In this document: piece by piece, positions 53,417-64,000 of the stretch
Numbering within the stretch: position 1 is the stretch's first letter
Layout of the letters: each line of letters begins with the position of its first letter
NCBI RefSeq assembly: GCF_009914755.1
Contig: NC_060934.1
Origin: the human T2T-CHM13v2.0 reference genome, Homo sapiens
DNA length: 64,000 bases
Strand: one strand, 5' to 3'
Notes under the pieces: model-generated
The model's database searches: none
What the model saw: the letters and a program-made list of their open reading frames with translations, nothing else
Told to the model about the DNA's origin: nothing
Position numbers and translations under genes: made by a program

Positions 53417-53721
53417 GGCCAGGCACAGTGGTTCATGCCCGTAATCCCAGCATTTTGGGAGGCCGTGGCGGGTGGATCACAGGTCAGGAGATCAAGACCA
53501 TCCTCACCAACATGGTGAAACTCTGTCTCTATTAAAAATGCAAAAATCAGCCAGGCATGGTGGTGGGCGCCTGTAGTCCCAGCTACTCTGGAGGCTGAGG
53601 CAGAGAATTGCTTGAACCCAGGAGGTGGAGTTTGCAGTGAGCCGAGATCGCGCCACTGCATTCCAGCCTGGGCGACACAGCAAGACTCCGTCTCAAAAAA
53701 AAAAAAAAAAAAAAAAAAAAA
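53417..53721 (+). mobile_element. AluSc-type SINE
   Basis: 'ggatcacaggtcaggagatcaagaccatcct'; right arm 'ttgcttgaaccc'; ~27-nt poly-A. Confidence 0.94.
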
Positions 53722-54200
53722 GGAAGACGTTCTCTAGAAATATGAATATCCAGATGTGGTTATTAGAAAAGCCCATTTAAAATTATTTTTGTCCAAAAAA
53801 ACTGGGGACATGTGGTCACTGCAATCACAGCACACCAGTTCTCTCCATAAACCCCATCCTCTGGGCTGCGCCTGTGTACTTCCTAAGAAGAAATACTGAA
53901 TAGAGGTGCCTCAAGACTAATCAGATTTAGTAGGGACAATCCGCTTTGCTGTTCATACTGAGAACAAAATCAGACCTAAATTGACTGATCCAGAATTAAG
54001 GACTTTACAGATTTACAATATAAACAGTGACATCTTGTAAGGGATCTATGCGATACATTTAACCATACTAGTTTTCCAAACTGCATTTGTGAATTCACTT
54101 TGTTTTTTGGGAAGGTTGTTAACAATGAAGGTTGGTTGAGGAAGATTTCTATTTTGATGTATCTTTATTAAAAAGGCTTGAATTTAGACATATCTAGAGA

Positions 54201-54214
54201 GTGCCACCTTGTGG
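54201..54214 (-). promoter_or_regulatory. Candidate CTCF site
   Basis: Minus strand reads CCACAAGGTGGCAC, one mismatch to the CTCF core CCASYAGRKGGCRS; lies in unique sequence. Confidence 0.45.
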
Positions 54215-54710
54215 GTAAAAGGCAGTAAAGTCAGATGGAGAAAAACATATCACGTGTAAATTTTCACTATTTCTGATTGTTCTCTTTATATGTAACTAAG
54301 CCTGACAACCCAAATATTTCTTCAATCATACAGAGAGAAAATTATATAAAAGTGATGCAAATTAATCTAAAGATTTCAGAGAAATATTCTGTTTCAATAT
54401 TATTATACAAGAATAGTGTGTTGCAAAAATATATGTATATACACTGTCATATACGTGTGTGTATACGTGTATATGCATACTTTTGCTGCTGGTGTTCATA
54501 AAATATCAATACAAAAAAACAGCAAACCATTTGAAGATAGAAATATTAAATCTACCTTCACATTTTGATTTTTTGGCTCATCCTCAATTCTACACAATTA
54601 TTAATTCTCAGATGCATGGACTAAAAAACTCGGCATAAAAATTAATTTCTTGATATTGAAGAAAAACAAGGTTATGGACAAAATACAGTACTGCAGCGGG
54701 TTTTCATTGA

Positions 54711-55109
<399 letters not shown>

Positions 55110-57639
55110 AAGCCAGGTTTTTATAATCTGCAAATCATGTGTTGTCATTGGTTCTAGAATGATAAGCCAAAAATAGATCAAAGACAAATAATTTCAAATA
55201 AATATCAGCATTAATGTTTATGTCTATAGTTGTTTAAAATTTGTCTCATTTGAATAGCTAGAGTTCAATTCCTTGACTGCTTTGAATTGTTCAGAGGAAA
55301 GATTTGGATACAAGGACCTTTTAGTAATTATTATAAAGGAATCAATTTCTTCCTGGTTTACCAACTTTTTTTGAATCTTGATGAAAGAGATAGTGAATAT
55401 GTCAGCTGAACTCTATTTCTAACTTCAGATGAAATGAACTGTTCATATATAAAGCTGATTTGTCCTATAAAACTGCTGGTTTAGTTCTTTATTTTCAAAA
55501 TGTCTATGTTCACGTCCTTTCCTGCCTCATCCCCTGACTCTGAGCCATTGCACATCCATGTCTTCATCTGTCCCAGACAAGTCTCAGAGGTATATGTCAC
55601 AAGGGAGAAAGTCAGAGCAGGTGGTTTAGTTAGGAAACACCTTCCAGTCCTATTGCTATTTCTCTTTTGTTTCTTTCCATCTCTTCCATGAAGCCATTCT
55701 TGACTTTTTCATGCTCTCCAATCTCCCTCCACTTAAGTCTCCTGTAAATCTTCACCACACAATTAAACCCTTAATTATATAATGTGATATTTGTCCTCTA
55801 ATTGTTTTACAAGTGTTAGTCTTGTTTTTGTGCTATATTGTGAGCAATTTGGGAACAGGAACTATGTATTTTACTTTTTCTAAATCCTGCACAGCATTCA
55901 TCAGAGTGCAGGCCTCCATAAATATTTTAAAATAAAATTAATGGAGGATGACAGGGCCTTGGCCTTGTCCTGTTTAATATTTGGGGCAATGACTTAGAGG
56001 GCTTAAAAGAAATGCTTTTTGAATTTGCAGATATCCCGAGGTTGGGAGTGAGAACTCAGGCTCTAGTGGGAAAGACAGATATGCATTCATTTAGATTACC
56101 ATGCATTATCAAATATTAGACTAAATATTGTCAGAAAAATTAAATGGAACTTCCTGGAGGAGTCAATAGATACTGAGAAGCAGCATTTGAGCTACTGAGA
56201 GGGGATTCTGGACAAAGATGGCATGCACAAAACAACAGACTAGAGAATGATGTGGAATTGCTTGAAGAATGATGTACTCATGGAGGCAGAAATGCATGTG
56301 GGTAGGTGAGACTTGTAATCCATTATTGCACGAGTTACAAATTAAGTATAGGTTGTAAAGAACATTATGTACCTTGCAAAATGGCTATGATTTAGATACA
56401 TGGATTTTGTGCATTTCAGTATTTCTCTCCTTTCTATTCCCGATGCTGCAAATCTAGTTTCTCCTTCTATCTTTAACAAAATAATATAATAACCCCCTAA
56501 TTAGTATCCCCGTCCCTAGATTCTTTCTAAATAAATCAGGCTTCCACACAGTTGAGTAATATCATAAATTTACATGAAAACCACTTGTAATTTTCCAGTT
56601 CCTACAAATTGAAAATAACCTCCCTGTAACAAACTAACCCTGGCAATAGGACCTTGACTTAAGTACCTTGCATTCTCTATGTTATTCCTTATGACACAGT
56701 AAGAAGTAAATTCTCTTGGCTCCCAGAGATATACCCATCTTTGGAAATTATCCACACTTTCCAATTATGCATGCTTTGCATTTTTCTTCAAGTACCCTAT
56801 TATCGGCCTACCAAATTCTATCTCCTTCAAGTCCCAACATGAGGGAAAAATCCTTCATCAGTCATCCTCGGAAACCCACTAAACCATATGATTTCAATCT
56901 CCGTTGAATCTCTCAAGTCTTTGCTTATACTATGAGAACCTGACACGTCTTCTGTCCTATGACTATATAATAGTTATTTGTGTTCTTGTCACCACATAAT
57001 CACCATATCTATCTCACCTTGTTCTCTCCTTGACAAAAAAAGATGTGGAATATAGTAATCTTTGCAGACCCCAAAGCAGTTGGCATTAAGAAGACCTTGC
57101 TCATACCAATTTTTAGCACTGTTTGCTCTTTGGTGACCTGCTGACACAAAGAATGTATTGCAGAATCTGACACTCTATGTCCTCTACAGAACCCACAGTC
57201 TAGAGGGAGACAGCTTACTAGGTACATACATCATAAAACAAGGTGGAAAAATGAATTGGGGAATATAATGGAATTCCTAAGTATGAATTCAGTATGGAAG
57301 TGGCAAGATTCCACCATTCAAATTGAAATAATGTGGTCAGGTATAGACTTCGAATCTTATCTGAAAGTCTAAGTGGTAAGTGGACTAAAGTCACTTCCTG
57401 GGCAATCACATGTAGAAGAATACATTTCATGAAAAGGGATGAGGGCATCCTAGATTTCCAGGGATGGGTGGGTCCAGTGACATTCCTTACCAGGATCCTT
57501 AGGCTGCATAAAGAACTGCTGAAGCCCTCTTTAACAGCAGAGCAGTTATTGTTTTTATGTCTATAAAGAAACATATATTTTTTATAGAATATTTGGAACG
57601 TAGAATTTTGAATAGTTGCCTTTTTAAAAAAATTTATAT

Positions 57640-57820
57640 AAGCATATTATTTGAGATTATATTACATCATGTTTGAATCCTGACTTTTTTTTTCCACCAA
57701 ACAATATATTTGAAAGATTTCTCCCATGTCATTATAGAGTCTTTAAAAAGAACAGCTGCCAGTGCTACACTACATCTTTGCATCATAATTTATTTAAATA
57801 GTTGAGTGGGACCACTTTGA
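57640..57820 (-). mobile_element. Old L1ME 3' fragment
   Basis: 'aacaatatatttgaaagatttctcccatgtcatta…catcataatttatttaaatagtt'. Confidence 0.5.
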
Positions 57821-58958
57821 AATACATCTAGTTGTGTGTCAAAGGGTAAACAATTAGCTAGGATTGAATGGACAGCAGCTGTTGGGGAAAACTACCACTA
57901 TGGCAACTACTTAGTTCCATCATCTATTGACCTCAAGTTGTTTTAATGTCATTTATGCCTAATGTTCCTCCCCTTATATTCTGGAACATCACAAAACAAA
58001 ACACATAGTGGGGACCTAGGTTGATAGACTGTGTCCTCTTCTGTAGTGAGACAACTTTATTAATGCATTTACTTTCAAAGACGAATAATTCAAAGCAGAG
58101 ATTTCCCTGAAAAGAGATAACCCCTCCTTTCAGTACAAAGGGCCAGCTGCTTTATCAAGGTGGACTTCAGATAGGAAAGCAAAGGACCAATTCCCAAGGA
58201 AGTCACCAGGAAAGTGTCCGTTTGTTCTTAATGACATCAACCCCTCTGGCTCTGAGCTTTTCTTCTCCAGAAGGAAGCACAGAAAAGGAGCATGGAGTGG
58301 GCTTTGAGTCACGCATGACTGGGGTCAGCTTCATGAGCAGATTCTTTCATCTCTATCTAGATCTCATTTTACAAATGCAGCTGTTATTAATTTTGAATAA
58401 TTAATGTCGGGTTTGAAAATAAATAATAACAGCAAAAACAATAATAAATCACCCTTAAAATTGATGAGGAAACAATATTCTTGCACAAAGACTGCAAGAG
58501 GCAGATGTGTTTTATAGAATGAAATGCCAGATCTATCTACATGTGGATGCTAAGGGAGCCTATTTGTAGATGGAAGGGGGTCAAGGAAAGGCTACCCATA
58601 GACACAACCTCAAACCTACCTTAATCATGGATTTTATGATTCCTTTAAAGTCCTAAGATACAATCTCATATATGTCAGATAAAGATATATAAATTTAGGT
58701 GTAGAGGTATATATACATACATACACACATATATATACACACATAAGGACATATACACACACAAAAAAAATTTAGTACTTAGCCATGAACCATAAGTGCT
58801 TTATGTACATTATGTTATTTAATTTAGTAACTCAAAAAAACTATTATATCCCTCATTCTCTAATGAAGAAAATGAGTCTCAGATTTGCCATTGATCTTAT
58901 ATCTAGCCTTTTAAAGCTAAAGACCATATTCTCACCATACTACCAGCGCTACAGCTGC

Positions 58959-59135
58959 TTTTTTTTTTTTTTTTTTTTTTTTTTTGAGACCGAGCCTCGC
59001 ACTGTTGCCCAGGCTGGAGTTCAGCGGTGTGATCTCAGCTCACTTTCCACAAACCCCACCTTCCAGGTTCAAGGGATTCTCCTTGCCTCAGCCTCCCTAG
59101 TAGCTGGGATTACAGGTGCCTGCTACCACACCCAG
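58959..59135 (-). mobile_element. 5'-truncated Alu (right monomer only)
   Basis: Long T-tail plus right arm only; flanking duplication cagctgct. Confidence 0.88.
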
Positions 59136-59496
59136 CAGCTGCTACTTTTAATAGCACTGATATTATATTTCTTCTATGCCGCATTATTATCATTCATTAT
59201 ATTATTAGCATCTATTCATTGAGTGTTTGAACTACATACTAAGCTAAGCAATTGATATATGTTATCTCCTTTAAACTCTGTGGTACCCTGTGATTAATGT
59301 CTAGTGGATAAGTAGATATCTTGATTATTGTTGTTTACTTGTTTTCCTTTTCTTCAGGAAATTCCTCTTCCCTATTCTTTTGGGGCTACCAATAAAACAG
59401 ACTTGCTCTCCTAGATATAGGGACAGACAGGAGAACAAATAGCGCAACCAGATTCTCTGTCCCAAAAATATGAATCTTAATAAAATACAAATGAAT

Positions 59497-59865
<369 letters not shown>

Positions 59866-61839
59866 TTACTCTTCCCAACAATGCTCCATTGCTCAATTCC
59901 TCCTTTGACTCTGTGAACTGCAGTAAATTATTTTTCATTGCATCCTTAAAAAATGTTTTTCAAATATCAGTCACTTCGATTCCTCTTGCTTGCATTCCAA
60001 TTACTACTCTGATTCACAGATCAGGCTACTGAAGTTCAAAGACAAAATATGATAGCAATGTTTGGAGAAGACAACTGCAGAAACTCATCCAACTGGCAAG
60101 TAAAATTAAAATACATTTCAGGCTGACCCCCAAGCCTGTATTGTGCTGTGCAGCTTTGTCTTCTAACAGTGCTTCTAGCTCTTCTCATGGAATCTAAGTT
60201 ATTCCCAAAGTGAGGGAAGACTGGATGGCACTATAAAGATGAACCCCCTTTTTATTAGAAGCAGAAGTGCTATTCCTAATCTTCAAAACTTGGTCAGGCA
60301 GTCACAACTGCTGTCATCTACAGTGTTGAAACAGGTTGACAGACCACCTGTGGGGCCAGATATAAACTTGGATCCTGAAAATCAAGGGTTCTCTGAGTCA
60401 AGGTGGCCAGGGAAGCTGGGGAATCTAGGGAGCTCAGGGCATGGCTATTTACCAGCTTGTACGGAAATATTTCTGTTGTTTTTTTAATAAACAGAAAGAC
60501 CAGACATAGCCATTCTAGTACACAGTCTGAATGTCAGACCTGGATGGAAGGTGATCTTTGAAGGGATATTTGTGAAGAGAATCGTAGTAAAACACATCGG
60601 CATGAAAAACAGCAAAATTAGCTCACACATGCGGCTTCCAGTGTCTATAGGCAGATCTGAAGATTTATTTACCTTGCTCCCCAGTACTGTCTGGGCCCAG
60701 GTGAGAGGAAACCTGGTGGGTTTTCCCCAGTGTTGTGAACATCATATTTTCACTCTGTTTTCTACACCTCAACTGGAATGGTATGGAATATTTGTAATTA
60801 TTTGAAGACAAATTTGAAAGCCATCTACATAGTAAAACAAATGAGGGGAAAATTAGAAAAAAAGAAAGAAAATGTTCCAGAGATTGGCAGTGACTAATTA
60901 GAAAGCATAACTAACCTACTGGCTGGCATGTCTGTGTTCCTGCTGGCCTGCAGCCAAGGTCCAAGAGGTAGGGAACCAGGAAAGCCATTGCCTCCAGACA
61001 GAGTAGATGCAAGAGAGCCTGCCTTAAGACTTCTGCCTCTTAGGCTGAACCTGTAGAAAGGAAGAGGCTGTTGAAGGTGTGCAGAAGCTCAAACTATCCA
61101 CCCCAGAGGGAATTTCCTGCCTAAGGCTTTGTCTTAACAAAGAAACAGTGCTTTGTGTCCTGTTTGAGAAAAATATTTCTATAGGAATACACATACCCTT
61201 TATGCTACACTGATCTCTGGCAAAATAAATTGTCTCTATATGTTTACATCTATGTATATATTTTTAAATACAAAGTGCTTTCCAATGTCCACATAGAGGG
61301 CTTGTGTTGCATAGGCTGAAACTCCCCACGCCTCATTAGGCCTATTTAAAATACACAGTTCTTGCATGAAACAGAGAAAGCAGACTTAAGCCCTGTTTCC
61401 TTTCCTCATTCATTTCTCTCTTGGAAATAGCAAATAGCTTGTTCCGGCGTGTGGCTCTGCATGAATTCCCACTATTCTATGTGATTTTCCTACATAAAAC
61501 TGTTAACTGGAGTCAGAAACTAAAGCAGATGAATTGGACCTGAGGGGATAGCACACAATGTGTTGTGCTCCCAGACAACTTCATTACTTTAATTACCTAA
61601 AAAGTATAAATAGTTTGGCAGGGTACGAATCTCATTTCTCAGCCTAAACGATAATAGTTAGCTGGGAGAGATCGTCCCAAATGCTGCCACTTATAGATGG
61701 CCTTATTTTTTTTTTTTTCTGAAAGCAGATCCATTGACCTTTATGGGTATGCAGTCTATGCCCTTGAAAGTGGCTGAGGGACTGACTTTTGGACACACAG
61801 GGAGTTGAGAATGGATATTTACTAAAGCCCTATTATGTG

Positions 61840-62150
61840 CCATTCTTCTGTTCAATGAATAATTATGATGTAGCTCCATACCATGTACTGTTCTGGGCAC
61901 AAGTAACACAACAGTGAAAGGTAGTTGAAGTTCTTGCTCTTATGAAGTTTATATTCTAGCTGAAGTAGGCGCAGGAGAAAATAATCAGAAACAAATACAT
62001 GGATACACTATTTCTAGATGTCAAAAAGAGGAAAAGGTGAAGATCAGGAGGCACAACATTCCAAGGATATAAAAGCAAATGTGAAAATGCCATAAAGTGG
62101 ACATCGGCTTGGCCTGTTGAAGGCTGAAAAGTAAGTCTGGGCTGAGTAGA
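61840..62150 (-). mobile_element. L2 fragment
   Basis: 'actgttctgggcacaagtaacacaacagtgaa…cttgctcttatgaagtttatattctag'. Confidence 0.65.
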
Positions 62151-62164
62151 TGGGGCTGGCATCA

Positions 62165-62360
62165 CATTTGATAGTTTAGCTCTGCCACTTAGTTTTCATT
62201 TTCTACTTTAAAGACTTACTCTCATTTCTCATCTTAGGTTTCCACATCATTACATGTGGCTTACAATGCTTCCATTACAAGGTTTTCTACGAATAAATTA
62301 CAGAATGTATACTGACCACTTAGTGCTTGGCAAATATTAAAATGAAAATAAATATTAGTT
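62165..62360 (+). mobile_element. MIR SINE
   Basis: 'agctctgccacttagtt…gacttactctcatttctcatcttaggtttccacatc'. Confidence 0.6.
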
Positions 62361-62471
62361 GTCACTGATATTATTATTAATTTGTAATATCTTCCCTGTC
62401 TTCCACAGTATACCATACTCCAAACTGAATCATTATTCTAACTATTATTATTATTAGCAGTATTAGTATTA

Positions 62472-62594
62472 TTTTGCAGAGAGGGGTTCTTGCTTTGTTT
62501 CCCAGGTTTGTCTTTAACTCCTGGGCTCAACTGAACCTCCGACCTCAGCCTTCCAAAGTGCTGGGATTGCAGGCTTGAGCCATCACGCCCAGCC
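62472..62594 (-). mobile_element. FLAM / Alu left monomer
   Basis: 'aactcctgggctcaa…cctcagccttccaaagtgctgggattgcaggcttgagccatcacgcccagcc', preceded by a (TAT)n tail. Confidence 0.85.
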
Positions 62595-62865
62595 TAAATG
62601 TGATGTTTCATTTTTCAGAAATGCCACCCCTCATCCTGAACTCCATGCACTGAAACATTCATCACCACCCTCGCCATCTTTTCTATCAGCCTGTTCAAAA
62701 GTTCCAGATGGCTCTTCAATGATTCTGTCTTCACATTTGACGATATGTTAATTGATTCAATATATGCCTGTATTACAGATCCAAGCAAAGTCTATGTTGC
62801 CTTCACCAGTGTTCAGATACACCTGGGTAGGTATTTTGTAGGGTTGGGACTCCTGAGGTCTATTT

Positions 62866-63397
62866 GCATGGGCCTATATCAGGAAAGTGAAACCCATTCC
62901 AGGTAGCCAACTAGTAAGGTTTTAAAATAGAAAACTAGCTACAAACATGTGGGAGGAGCTTAAATACCAAACAGTTGATAAAAAGGTAACCCCCAAATTA
63001 GCAAAAGTAGAAAGTTGTTATCACCCTTAGGCTACAGGAATAAGGGAGGGAATGGAATTTCCAGAGTCCGAGAGACTGGTTACCTTGGTGGGGTAGAAAT
63101 GGTAGGAGGTGAGGTCAAGGGGAGATGTCCAGCAAGAACGGGAACCATAGGAGACATGCAGTCCTCTCTAACAACACTACCAAAAACAGAGAAAATGAGA
63201 ACTAACTCAAGTTTTTCTTTTCTCCCTCTGTTCAAACTCTTGTGAGTGTTCACTGTTGCCCAGACCTAGCTGGAAGCCAGAAGGAGAGGGAGTCCTGGGA
63301 AACAGAGTTTGCAGGGGTCAATCCCCTATGATATGAAGCCAAGCAGGGGAAATGCAGGAAATGCACCTGAGCACAGACAAGTGAAACAGACAGCACA
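62866..63397 (-). mobile_element. Old ERVL-class LTR (LTR41/67-like)
   Basis: 'acctagctggaagccagaaggagagggagtcctgggaaacagagtttgcaggggtca' ending in 'cagcaca'; resembles reverse-complement ERVL LTRs. Confidence 0.55.
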
Positions 63398-64000
63398 GGA
63401 ACAGACACCAGGACCGCCATACCACACACTGCACATCCCCACCTGAACGCTCTGCTGTGATATTTGTGCAGCACACACAGGCAGCTTGGGAGTGATCAGA
63501 CACCTAGGAAACAACTTGTCTTTCAATAAGAGTCAGATATTCATATTTTCCTGAGAAAGGGGACAATGTGTGATAAGCACACATTGCCAGTCACTTAACT
63601 TCTCCCTCCTGCCTGAGCTCAAGGACAGTCTGCAAACCAAACCTGAATGAGCTATTTAACGAATACATTCAAGTATAAGGGGTCCCAGGCAGAACTGCCT
63701 TGAGTTGTGGGCAACAGAGTGTGATACAAAGGTATAGCCAAAAGATCTCCCACATTAGCAGAAATTACACTGACTTTTGTCATAATAAGCTCAAATCATT
63801 CCTGTAGTAATAGGCCTTAATGCTCTCCATAGTTACCTTGATGCACCAGATCTTGACTGCTAGACACCCCAGTTCAGGTATCAGCAGACAGCAACAACAA
63901 CAACAGCACAGCAAGAAGTCTCGTTGAGTCCTAGCTATAAAGCCCACATCATGATACCTGGACCTAAACATTGACTCACCACACTGAACTGGATCAAGAA

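Overview
This is AT-rich primate (very likely human) non-coding DNA, either intergenic or a large intron. I see no CpG island, no recognisable protein-coding gene, no RNA gene and no CRISPR array. The six-frame ORFs are Alu-, L1- or microsatellite-derived, or chance ORFs. A large fraction of the window is interspersed repeat: about 15 Alus (J, S and Y ages, including one very young AluY), several old L1M fragments (one 5'UTR-ORF1-ORF2 block of about 5 kb), L2, MIR and L3 relics, solo LTRs (MST, MLT1, ERVL-type) and DNA-transposon MITEs (MER58A x2, MER5A, MER47 x2, MER94, Tigger3), many of them nested. Repeat subfamily names come from recalled consensus sequences, and boundaries of old elements are approximate. 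I cannot support a novel biological system here. The best leads are candidate microexons (47745-47755 on +, 17481-17492 on -), a candidate 94-nt minus-strand exon, an unexplained 27-bp direct repeat flanking the + microexon region, a hairpin-dense E-box cluster, a perfect hairpin at a micro-inversion inside L1, a palindromic-unit minisatellite and a near-consensus AluY(c1-like) insertion.
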